Shown: in pieces, positions 1-12,269 of the stretch
Numbering within the stretch: the stretch's first letter is position 1
Layout: every line of letters starts with the position of its first letter
Assembly (NCBI GenBank): GCA_964035545.1
Contig: OZ037766.1
Span: forward strand, 30,106,274-30,170,273
Direction of reading: 5' to 3'
DNA from: Bugula neritina
Lineage: Eukaryota; Animalia; Bryozoa
DNA length: 64,000 nt
The notes under the pieces: generated by a model
The model's input: only the letters and a program-made list of their open reading frames with translations
Told to the model about the DNA's origin: nothing
Database searches by the model: none
Position numbers and translations under genes: made by a program

Positions 1-751
1 AGTAGTACTAGTAGACCTACTAGTAGTTCTGATGTCTAATACCTTAATAGTTAGTTATTACTATTACTGATTACTCAATTAGTATTACCAGTAGGTAGTA
101 AGAGTAAGTCTAATCTAATGCTGTAATAGATAATTTTTATGACTATCACTACGCCCTATGACTATGAGTTGGTATCAAGTTATATTTCATTATTAATTGA
201 TTATGCGTTTGTTTACTAAGAAAAATCTAATGGTAGTCTCAGTCCGTTAACTTATATTTAGTTATAATCACTTACAGTACTGATTCTTTCTCTTTCAATT
301 TGGAACTTCGTTGTTTTCTGTTCCAATAATTATAATCATAATGCAATAAATTTAAAAGTTACCCAGTGTGAGTGACTAACTAACTACAATTTAGGTTCAT
401 TCTTGATGAAAACACTATGAGTATAACTATAAGTATTTACTCACTTATAATCGACGCAATAGTAATAAAAAGAAGTTTTGCAATGAATTGGGATCCTAGC
501 CTGGAGCTGGTGAAATTGCATATAGCTAATTAACACGGGGTATATTATGTTTCTGAATATTATTATATGTATTTAACTGTTAAGAATGTAGTGAACAATA
601 TTGGTGTATAGATAATTAGGGTTCACTATTACTATGAGTGTCCTAGTCATAGTTGAAAATAAGATGTTCATAATGGTCATTCTCAAAATATAAAAATATA
701 TGCATAACCATTAACAAGTTGAAAATATTTGTTTAAAATGATTTATAGACC

Positions 752-3700
752 ATGGATAACGATGAATAAAGCTATTCAGTCTGTTTATCCCAACTTGAGG
801 CTTTGGCAGAAAAAGGTATCGAGGAAGATAAAATCAAAAATGGTACTGAAACAATTTGCAACTTGAAAAACGATGATTGAAAAGGCGTCAAGAAAGTAAG
901 TGCATGTTATACTAACTATGATGAGTTTTGTAGCTTGGTTTTTAATCAGTTTTCTCCATACACAATATTGAATTTGTTCAATCTTTTAGAATTGTCACAA
1001 ACCTGTTAGACCAAGCTGAAAATATAAGTGATGAGTTGAAAAAAGCTGCCTCAGAGCAATTGACAGGTTATTTTTACATCTATTCTAAAGAAAAGTTCTG
1101 GTGAATACATAAATGTTGTTTTTGTACTGGCACAATTTTTGCTGCACAATTTTGATATGTTCATTTTAGATTTTGATAAACATAACCATCACACAATGAT
1201 CCTAAATGTTGTAGTACTGTAAATGGCGAAAATGAAAAATTATTGCGTGAACGTAAAGTTTCCTACCTAATTTTGTATTTTAGCCACCTAATCAACTTGT
1301 AAAAACACGAATAAATAATATTAAGTCCAAATTAGGCTTTTTACAGCCAATAAGCACCTGATAATATTCATGTATTTATGGCTCATAGAATGTAATGAAT
1401 TGTACATACAACTTCTTTATCTCACTTTCAAAATACTGTCAGACACCTATATATATGCTAACTTTTTTACTACAATTTAAGGCTGTTTATGTTTTCAGAT
1501 GTTCAACAATTGTTAGAACTCCTTGAGCAGTATGCCCGACAGCCTCAAAGAGCACCAATGTATATAGAGGCTACCTCAGTTAAATGGGACAAAATCCGAT
1601 CAATTCTTCATAGGAATACAATTACTGGCATGGGAACTAGGAAACTCTTGATTAGTAGGTAATTTTTAGTAACTTTTATTTTAATTAACCAGCCATCACC
1701 AATTTTAGGTGTTGTTACTATTATTTTGCATTTTTTATACCCAACAATTTATAATGTGTTGTTTTAAGCTAAAACACTGTTTTAGCTTGTAATCTATGTT
1801 TTAGGTGAAAGGCTGTCTCTACTCCCATCAACTTGCCAATTGTGTAACAATACAATGGTTAAAAAATTTGTAGCTTACACCCTCAAAGTCATCTCTATAA
1901 TCAATGGTAAATTATTCAAATTGTCCAATCAAATTCTAAAAAATATTTGGGTCATTTGTGTTTCAAATAATCGCTAGTATTTTATATTATATTTAAGTGA
2001 AGTGAAATTATTGGTCATCTATGTTTATTCAATCAGTTGTCAATTATGCATTTATCTGTTACATGATAACTTCTAGAGTATACATATAATTTCTTAACAT
2101 TTTTGCCTTATTTAGCTATTGTTATAATTTGCTTCTCACAATTTCATATATTGACACTATCTTTTTTCTAGGGCGCACTGAAACGGTGATTCTCCTTATT
2201 GTGAGCTATGCTCATGGACACGTGTTCAAGTGAGTGAAAATTTTCCTAAACTCAGGCTGTGGCCACTAACTCCCCAAGGAAAAGTATTCGTGACCTTCAG
2301 TTATTTGTTACACATCAGCACCTTACAGCATCATTCTCCAACTTTAAGCATGAAACGCTTGTTCTCTAGTCTAAAGTTCTTGGCAGTATTGGATGGCAGG
2401 GTTAATTTTATTAGTTTTTAATGCTTTCGAACACATTTGTTCATTTACTATTTGTTCACTGTTAAAATGTAGCATTCATTTATAAGCTTTTTATAATCGT
2501 AAATTTGCATGCTAAAAGAAGTTAGCATAATTTATTACTCCCCTGCACAGTTTTACTGGATGTGGATGCTTAACATCAAAGATGGCTTTTACTGGGCAGT
2601 GAACCCATGACTACTGGCTTACTAAACCAGATTTCTAAACCCTAGGCCACAGCTGCTCCTTGTAATGAAATTTATATCTATTTGTATTATATTTTAGACC
2701 ATTGGAAATGAAGATCATTTCTTTTTAGTCTGTTTGCTAACCACTAATAGACTATCAAAAGAACTATGAAACTAGAGGAAAACAAAATAATGTTGTACAA
2801 ATTTGAAGCTCAGAAAGTGTGGGTAGGTGTTAAATGCTATGAAAAACCTAAAATCTCCAGTATCTACTTGAGCAGATGTCTAATCTGTAGTGAGCACCAT
2901 TGTAGTACGTAATCTATTGTTTTGTGTTCACTAAGTTTAAATTCCGATTAACTATTCCAGAGGCTATCGCAAAATGCTGCTCTCTGATGTAATGCTGAAG
3001 AGGCAACCATGCATTAAAACCAGCTGAACATATGTAGGAATAGACACATATTTTCATGTGATGTTAGTTGAACAATTATTCAGTGTAGGTTTTGAATTAT
3101 TTGAGTTCAATGCTGTAAATGTATCATGTTATGTTTCATGTATTATTTTTAGTCACTTGTTAATTTTGCATCAAATAACTTTACAAAAATAGTAGTAAAT
3201 TATTATAATGGTACGCAATATCGTTAAAATGCTACAGTAGCAAGTGGCAGAGACTCGGCATGTATAGCTAATTTTGATATTGCTAGGTCTCTCTCTGCCT
3301 CCCCCCCCCTCTCTCTAGGCCTCCCCTATTTCTTTCTTCATCTTTCAATTGAGAGTAAAGCAGCTGTCTTGGTCACCAACTATTTCCCATTCTGTACACT
3401 TGGCCTAACCATCTCAGACTCTGCAAAACTTGTTGGTCATATTGCCAGAAACTTAAAAATCTGTTTCAATGTAGAAAGCAGACCTGGCAGCCATTGGTTC
3501 ATTGTTTATAGTTTGATAAAGGGCTTCATAGCTTGTTGATAATTGTTTTGACCCTAAAGGTGGCTAATTCATATTTAATGTTGGCTGATCTTGTTTGTAT
3601 TTTCCCAAAACTTCATAATTCATATTTGGTATTTTTGATTGTCATTTTAATGGTTAGTGTATAATATTCTCATGTACTATTATTTCTTTTTAGTGTTGAA

Positions 3701-4990
3701 GGAAAGTTGCCCGATCCATCTTTCACCAGGAAAACTAAGAGCTCCGATATTTGAATTATAGCATAGAAGAGGTTAGCACAAGGGTTTTCTACACCAGTTC
3801 AGGTAAACTGGCTACATGATAATGGTGCAAGGTTTTAAACTTACTATCATTCCATTTTGATTTTGCATTATGGGAATGGATGCTCATACATATGGACTTG
3901 TGCTTGTGGTTTGCATTTACTTATGGTTGGGGTCTCATCTTTCCAAACATATTTTAATGAAAAATCAATTTGGAAATGCAATGCTTGGTAACTTAGTGTA
4001 TAACATCAATCATATTTAGTGAAAATACTTAGTTTTTTCACATCTGCTCCAGTTTAACAATATGCTGCTGTGATAGACTTTTTAGTACAGGTCTGAAATC
4101 ACCTATATAACCCCATTGAAAATGTAAATTAGCATTTGGAAATGAATTATTCTTTTAATAATGTGTCACAAGCAGCCAATTATATACATTATTTTCGCTT
4201 TCTGTAAGCGTTTTATTAGGTGTTGCATTTTTGGTGTTTTAGGATTTGAGATTGACTTCAAAACTCCAATTTGCAACATTTTAGGAATGTCATGTCTAAA
4301 TATTTATTTGTTAGGTTTACCAGGAACGTACCAGATCATTTCTAGGGGTTATTTAGTGCAATTCTGCATTTAGATCATGTAAACATCCACTCAAGTTAGT
4401 GCATTGACAAATTCACAATAGTGGTAAAAACCAGGTTCATATTACGTTGTCATTATGTTGCAGCAAGTAACCTCTGATGTAAATTTATGTTTACAACCTA
4501 TCAATATGCTCTGACCTACAGTCTTTATTGCCATTCAAGGTGTTCCTCACTGCTGGTCAACCCCATTAACCCCCAACTTACTGCCTACATAGAAGACTGT
4601 CTACTCTCCCTTCATTGTACATAGCTCATACAATAATTTGGATATTTGCTTTTGCAGATTCATTACATAAAATACCAGCCATTGTGCTAAAAAGTAAAGT
4701 TTTGTTGTAGTCTCATCTACTAGTACTCATAGTTCTACCACAAGTGTTATGTTTTTTATGAAATTTTTGTTTTGAGGTTTTTCAGTTTCACTAATTACTG
4801 CTTTAATGGTCATTGTCAATCGATTTCTGGTATAGAAACAAGTTGTTTCAGAAAAGCTGTACATATAAATTCTTAATTCCCCATGTTATTTTTATTATTG
4901 TAGATATCTTGGTCTGCCTCCCAGTTTGCTCCTGATAAGTGGTGAAGAAATCGGCTGATATGTAGATGCATTAGTGGAGAAATTGAGATA
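752..4990 (+). pseudogene. Decayed intron-containing gene, probably a KDZ (Kyakuja-Dileera-Zisupton) / CxC-type transposase remnant
   Basis: AG/GT-bounded exon-like blocks at about 750-895, 990-1066, 1499-1658, 1805-1906 (LPSTCQLCNNTM) and 2172-2399 (LWPLTPQG...SPTLSMKRLFSSLKFLAVLDGR). The last recalls, from memory, the GYWP...PGxS...F...L...GR segment of animal CxC3/KDZ proteins. SGEEIG near 4940 resembles KDZ GEEVEQ. Stops and frameshifts are present. Family assignment is unverified. Confidence 0.4.
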
Positions 4991-5230
4991 GACTAAGGTC
5001 TTTAATTTTCCTAATTATCGCAATAACATAACTTTTCTTGCTAAGTTTATAACCTGTATAATACATGTTTTTCTCAATTTTCATATCACTTCACTTGCCT
5101 CAGGAAATGACACTAACTTTGAACCTAAGCATTCTAAGTGCTTGAATCTTTCACAGCAAATAATTATTATACAAATTATTCTCAGTCACTGAATAAAGGA
5201 TTTGTGAGATTCATGCTGATTGTCTTATTT

Positions 5231-8200
5231 AATACTTCTCTATTGCTCTTATAAAAATTACAGCTTTTAATTGTTGAAATATTTACAGTTAATAATTAAA
5301 GGGGTGAGCCCATCATCCGTTGTTTAGCCTCAGCATCATAACTCTATAGAGGCTGCTAATTCACTGAATACCAGGTTATTCTAGTTTATGTTTACATAAC
5401 TGGTATGACCATATCTTAGTTTAATATATGCAGCTTGAATTTTTTAAAGTCGAAGAGCTATAATAAAGTTCTAGCTAAGATTTTATAGTTCAAAGCATAA
5501 TGAATATACTGATATTATAAACTGCTGGCTCAGCCACTTGCCCAGTTTACATGTTGGTAACCCACTGCAGCATGAACTCTGACGCTAATGTGCTTTGACA
5601 TTTTAGTTTATAAAACATTGATTTGTGATGTACATTTTGATGTGCACTTGCAGAAATTGAGGAGCTGTTGATAAAGGTTGATCAATGCTTGGCCAGCCAT
5701 AATATAATTGCTGTATGAAGATATACTAGTTCTCCCAGTTATAGCATGTACATACTTACTAGTAATAAGTGAATTTCCAGACAACCTATTTAATGAAGCA
5801 ACCGCAAATGATAATAGCAGCAACAAGTGTTGGTAATAAAATCTGAATAGGAATTGCACATAGCTGTTAATTAGTTCACACAATGCTCTTATCACTTGAG
5901 TAACACAAACAAGTAGCCCATGCCAGCAACTGCTAGTAGGTTTCAGAACATAAATTTGCTATAGTGGATGGCTTTGGAATGATGAAAGTCATGAATACTC
6001 GAAGTGCTACAGTGATCAGCTTACAATTATGAAAGTTTGCACATAATATGATATCTAATTCCTATTTTAATGATGAAATTCAAACTTGACATTCCTTGAT
6101 ATGTTTTCTCTAATATCTTTCTTTGTTTTTCGAAATTATGTTTATGCTCTTCACAATTTGGTCAAAACGTACACCATTTTTCAAGTTTCACTGCAATTAT
6201 CTAAATTCTTCATATAGTGGTTCTAGTTACGCTCCTGTGACTAATTATAACGTTCCTAGTACGTTTGCTGCTCTGTGCGCTATCACAATAACATATAGTA
6301 CCCTCTCGCACAAATTGGCAATATATTGGATATCTGCCAATGTAATGTACCCTATTTTACATTAGCAGTTAGTTGCATCTTCTCACCATGTTACAATTTG
6401 TTGAAAATGCCTCAGCAAAACATAGTTCTTCGTTTGTTTGGCAGAGTTAATTTCAGCTAAATCACCTCACTTCACTTTGCAGTCTTGTCAGTAAAGGTCT
6501 GTCTATAGTGCAGCAGGTGCACTTTCAGTTTCTCTAACTCACATATAATTCATTTATGTACATTGTATTCCATAAAATCAATTTAAGGTTTAGCCCATGC
6601 AGTGTTCAGTAACTAATTAGTATGCATGTATGTTGTCCTCCTGTTGAATAATAATATTTCAAAATAGCCATATTTATTATGCATGAGTAGGATTTGCATA
6701 AGTTGACAAAAAAATTTGCCACAGAGTAGGGTTGAACCACCACCAACAAACACATCACTGGCGCCTTTAACCTCTGGACCGCACAGCCATCATGAATAGT
6801 ATGAGCACTATATTAGAAACTATCATTACATAAATATTTGGAGCCTCAAAATATGGGTTTTAATTATTAGGCTGTCAATTAATGTTGACTATAGCAGTGG
6901 CTAGCTATTTTCATAAACTGTTGCAATAGTCTCGGGTTACTAGCAAAGCTAATGGTTTTGAACAAATAACCCAAAAGTTAAAAAATAAGTATAGCTTGCA
7001 TATTACTAGCTACAAAAACAGGTCTGAAATAGACTGGTAAAGCATGCTCTTGCCTATTATTGTAGAGTTTGCAGATGTGCTCCAAAATAAAACTTGAACT
7101 GTATGTTATTACATAAGTATTTGTATGCAAAAGAGTGATGGACAAAACTGAGTTTTTGGAAAACAACATACTTGAAGTAAACTTTGACAATGGTGTGTTT
7201 TTTCTTCATAGACTAGCACAGTTATAGGGCCTATAGCATAACTCTCTAATCATATGAATGTTTATGAAGCCCACAGCTCCTGTAAGGGTGGCATTGTAAT
7301 TTGAAACTAAAAATTATGTTGCTGCATTGTGTTTAAGGTATATTATGGAGCAAAATTTGGTGTTGGTAGCCTACCCCAACTGGCAGTTGTATATAATAAG
7401 TACTGATAATAGCAAGGTTAGTATGACCACGTGCTGGCTCTCTGCAGTGTGTATATAACTAACCTCTTGAATAATTGCGCCAATTTTAAACTCTTGGAAG
7501 TTGGCCAAGTTAACAGATCACAGCCAGCCACAGGAGACAAAGCATTACAGCTAGCCATATATTATATACTGATGCACTTGGTAGCAGAGTGGCTAATCTA
7601 ATATAGTTCATATTTCAACACCCTTTACTTTGGGAATACAGCCTCTTTTTTTAGGTTTACCTAACAAACTATGAAAATATTTAAACTAATATTCTGATAA
7701 TTTAGAGGTACATTTTAAAAACTAGGTTAATTGCACTTGTTTGCGCAACAACAATAATAAAATATATATTATGCGCAATATGATAAAAAACACATGATAC
7801 TATATTATAATATATTATAATGATAATAATATATTATTATAGGTACCATTACTGTATTTAATAACTCTGATGGTTGCCAAAAAAATGTATCACACCAATT
7901 CTGTAATTACATCAAAGATTATGATAAGAAAATAGAACTAGCTAGGCAGCAGGTTGGAATATAGAGTATCAGTGGAACATTGTTCATATAGAACGTAAAG
8001 CACCTGGCAAACAGCCAGAAACTGAAAAGCACGACCTCAAACTAACTGTGAATTAAATTGATCAACATAAGCTTTGAGCTAGAATGCTGTTAAAATTCAT
8101 ATACAAACTGCAATAAAAAGGATTGAATGGCCAGTTGAGATAATTTCATGCTTTGAATATATATTATATTCTAATTGTCACCATTTAGGTGCATGCAGTA

Positions 8201-8930
8201 ACTATATAAATAATAAAACTGAGCTTGCCTAATAAGTTCTAGTTTACGTTGCTCATATAAATTCTTGTGAAAACATAAACTCTTTTGCTACGTTTCAACA
8301 TGAACATAATATGTTCATGTATATGTTCTAGTATATTATACTAGAACACTAGAATACTCGAACATGCTTTATCTGTTAACTTTGAAATTGCAGTAACCAT
8401 CAGTCAAAAAATGCATCTATAGCAGTTCAAGGAAAAAAGTTTTAAAAATAATAAATCATGCTTATATTGTATTAGATTATTTATTAATATATTATATATA
8501 TGTATATAGACGTGTGTGTGCGCGTGTATCTATAAGGACCTATAACAATAATAAACATATAGAAAACACAAAGCCAAAATTGTCTTCTTTCAATGATATA
8601 TTTTTAATGATGCTGAGGAAGAAGTTGATAATGCAACTCCTAAAAGCATATGTTGCTCAATGTTTTTTTTTGTATCTGCCAATACTTGTATGTGGTTGCC
8701 AACATGTATTTTAAGTTAAATCTTTGCAAATGTTGTTTAGCCTCAGCATATTACAACTCTATTATAGGGGCAGCTAATTCTCTAAATGGTATTTAGTGAA
8801 TTAGCAGCCTTTATAGAGTTGTGATGCTGAGGCTAAACAACAGATGGTGGGCTCGCCCCTTTAATTATTAACTGTAAATATTTCAACAATTGAATAAGCT
8901 GTAATTTTTATAAGAGCAATAGAGAAGTAT
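5231..8930. mobile_element. 3.7-kb segment bounded by ~140-bp inverted repeats (possible non-autonomous DNA element or inversion scar)
   Basis: 5231-5373 is the reverse complement, with scattered mismatches, of 8787-8930. An extra partial copy makes a hairpin at 8732-8841. No clear TSD or transposase. Confidence 0.5.
6717..6788 (-). mobile_element. tRNA-derived SINE head or tRNA pseudogene
   Basis: Minus strand GGCTGTGCGGTCCAGAGGTTAAAGGCGCCAG...GGTGGTTCAACCCTACTC has A-box-like and B-box-like motifs but no clean cloverleaf. Confidence 0.4.
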
Positions 8931-10418
8931 AATATATGCTTGCTCATGTTTATGTTCACGCATGCGTGTGGATGTCTGTGCAAGAACACAACATGGCACA
9001 TACTGAGATCGATATGTGCCATGAATTGTGTTAGTTTATATGCATGGCGTATGGCATGGCGACATAGTCACAAGAGTTTGTTATGCAAGTGCAGGCTAAA
9101 AAATAATATTCTATATAATAAAAAAGTGTTATAAGTTATTTTATTGCAAATAAATGGTATGTGATAATAAATTGCATAGCATAGCAAAAAATGCTGCACA
9201 TGTATAGTTACCACTAATCAAAAATATTAAATTATATTCATATATTTTAAATAGCATGCATGAATGCAAGATTTTAACTCAAATGTGAAACAAATTTTAC
9301 TATAGTGTTGTATTTCAATGGGTTACAGATATTTACTAAAATGTCAAAAATTATAGGTCGACTCAATTTTCATCTGTGCCATTTGCTCATTTTCTAAATT
9401 CTACGTAATAATTTATATGTGCATCTATAGGTGTGAAATAGAATGGTTACATGTGCCTGTACAACTGGTAAAAGTATAGTAAAACAAGAAAAGAATTAAT
9501 GTTTACAAGCAAATAAATTACTATTGAAATTCAATTTTGGGCATTATAAAGCTTTCCATATGCAATATTGTTTTACATTTATTCATATGCCAAAAATTAT
9601 TTATATATATATATTTCTTAAAATTATATTTTCTCTCATCAGCTTGAAAATTGTTTTTTTATATAAAAGAGTTTGAGAGTTTATATTAATAAACCAAAAA
9701 CTGTTATAACATTTTAATTTTTTACAAGAGTGTATGAATTATGGTGGCATTCAGTCTGCAAAACTATTATTTAATGAGAAGACAATTATGTTTTAATCAT
9801 GCAGATAGATTCAAGGAGTTATAAACATATATGAATTGAAATAGAGTGAGAAGACAATTATGCTTCAAGTAAAACTATAAGACCAAGTTCCTATCCAATA
9901 GATACAGTGATATGAGCCTTTCTCTAGAACAAAGTCTAAAAGGAGTGGATTTATATCAAAAAGTCAGACCTGCATCTATTAAGATTTTTCATTCAAAAGT
10001 GATAAATTTTGTTAATTTTTATTCATAACTCATAGCTTTTGAAATATTTTGGAAGAAAATATTTTTTCAAAATACAGTTACTGCTAAGAATATCTGTATT
10101 GATATCACCCCTAACTTTATCCACCACTTGTTCTAATTGCTATAATCATCACCTAGCCAATGAAATTAAACTGGCTGTAGCTACAGCCAATCAATTACTC
10201 ATAACGATTGCGCCTCGTTAGGCGAACATTGATGACCATTTCTATATAACTCAATACAAAGCCCATTACCACTGATTGACCCGAAGTTCTCTACGACTTC
10301 TATAGTGGTATAGGATAATAGATATACTGGATTTTACTTATTCAGGACTTCATTAAATACAAAAACCTAATCTCTAAGTTTATGCTAAAATAAATATTTT
10401 GTAGATACAATAATCAAA

Positions 10419-11745
10419 ATGAGAATTTGGATTCTGATAGCACTTGTGGTGAGCGTAGGAGTTGTGTTTATATCTTCACAAAATCAAGCGAGCTTTTCAT
10501 CTGGACTATCTCTATGTAAGTTCTAAAGAAACAATCTTAATCTGGACAGAGGCAATCACAAAAACTAAATATGTATTTTCCGCTAATTTTTGTGAAATTT
10601 GTAATATGATTGTTTCAATTTAGCATATGCATTTGATCAACACTTCAAACTGTTTAGTTTTTAATAAAAAATAAGTTAGGAACCCAAATAATTGTAGGCC
10701 TACTAATTTTACTCAGGCCATTTTGGTTATTTTATTAGATTTTAAATGAAAATGGCACAGGCAATAACGACACAGGTAAAAATGGCACACTGATGTTAAA
10801 CTTTCCCAAACCCCAAACCGTTATCCCAAACTCAAATCCCGGTACGAAGCCATCAAACTTTCATATGGAAAGTGCGTCATTTTCATCTGCTTTTTCATCT
10901 GCGTTATCATTACCTGTGTCATTTTACCAAACACCATGTTACTAGCATTAACTGTGTACCTTAAATTGTGATTCGATATTCGATAGGCTATTTGAAAAAA
11001 CTAGTCAAAGTGAAAGTTGTTTTTAAAATAACAAAATAAGTTTTGATACTGGTGACCAAACTTTTTTTTCTCTGAATATTTAAATAAGAAATTTCAAATT
11101 TCAATTATTTACTGCATTTCATTGTTATGGCCCAAATTTATTTGTTTTCTTTCAGATTGTCAAGACTGCTTACATACTCGTAGTCAAGCATGTCTTCGTC
11201 GTCTAGAAAATAATAGGAGAGGTAAAAGTAGTAGAAAAGCCAGAAGAAAAGGCAGAAAAAGTATAAAAAAAGGAAGTAGAAGTAGTAGAAAGAAAGGGGG
11301 CAGATCTGCAAGGAGAAATAGCAGAAGACAACAAAAGAGAGATGACAGAAGAGCTAGAAGAAGAGGTCTTGGGAACAGAGTTCAACTCTGCAATGTAGAA
11401 GCAGGACAGCTCTGTGTTACTTTTTGCCAGCTGCCTACCTCAGCAACTACACCATTTCCAATTACTCCAGCACCAATCACTGCAGCACCATTCACACCAC
11501 CCCCATTTATGCTACCTGTCATTACACCAGCTCCTATTACACCAGCTCCAGTCATCGCTGCACCACCAACTCCCGCAACAACCTCCACAACAACCTCTGC
11601 ACTAACCCCAGCACCAACGCCTTCACCAACCCCCGCACCACCCCAAGCCCCAACTCCAGCACCAACCACCACAACAACCACCACAACAACCACCACAACA
11701 ACCACCACAACAACCTCTGCACCTGGTCCAAAGGGAAAAAGATGA
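10419..11745 (+). CDS. Secreted 6-Cys / polybasic loop / Pro-Thr tail protein, copy G1 (228 aa, intact)
   Basis: Exon 10419-10515 MRIWILIALVVSVGVVFISSQNQASFSSGLSL (signal-peptide-like). Phase-1 intron gtaag...ttcag. Exon 11156-11745 CQDCLHTRSQAC-(basic 65 aa)-CNVEAGQLCVTFC-Pro/Thr-GPKGKR*. AATAAA at 11915-11920. The same exon structure recurs in paralogues. Confidence 0.9.
10745..10935. mobile_element. Short non-autonomous repeat in the G1 intron, shared with the copy psi4 intron (~40110-40285)
   Basis: AAAATGGCACAGG-type subrepeats on the left and inverted CCTGTGTCATTTTACC on the right; homologous block in the psi4 intron. Confidence 0.45.
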
Positions 11746-12269
11746 TAATAAAAAATGTGTTTGAAACCGTAGCATCTGTGCAGTTGGCTGCATGTATTAA
11801 ATTATTTTGACCGTTTGATTTCTTTTATGTTTAGCAAATTAACATGTTTTTTCTGAAACTATGATGATTTGAAAAATTTTGATGTCTATACTGAATTTGC
11901 AGTTGTAGCTATCAAATAAATTTTATTGTTTTATTTACAACTGCACAAGCTAAATTATATTCCTTTTTTACTATAACGCACTTTATAAGAATATTCATGA
12001 GCAACATCATCATTTGTTAAACATTTCTAACTAAAATAGTCAATTTCAGAATTCAAAAATTTCACAATTACTTTACACTCTATATAATATATTGTCCAGC
12101 CACAATTAATTTCCATGCATCTGTTACGCAGTGTCAAAGCTTTTAGAAGTAAGTTGTATATTCTTTAATTTGCTGCTATATTTTGTGTTGAGCTGCAATA
12201 ATATAAATTATATTTAGTTTGTGTAGTATGATTGTACTGATAGAGCACTAGATAGCAACTGACAACCAA

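Noticed and set aside
11122-11155. ORF-track starts for G1, G2 and G8 (11122, 19038, 62707)
   Set aside because: They lie in intron polypyrimidine tracts; the conserved signal exon upstream provides the real ATG.
11190-11390. Protamine, histone H1 or insulin identity for the secreted family
   Set aside because: A signal peptide and mucin tail do not fit nuclear basic proteins, and the Cys spacing does not match insulin A/B chains.
11203-11810. Antisense and alternative-frame ORFs over the family exons (also near 19.1-19.8, 40.5-41.9 and 62.8-63.4 kb)
   Set aside because: By-products of low-complexity coding sequence; no conserved starts or splice support.
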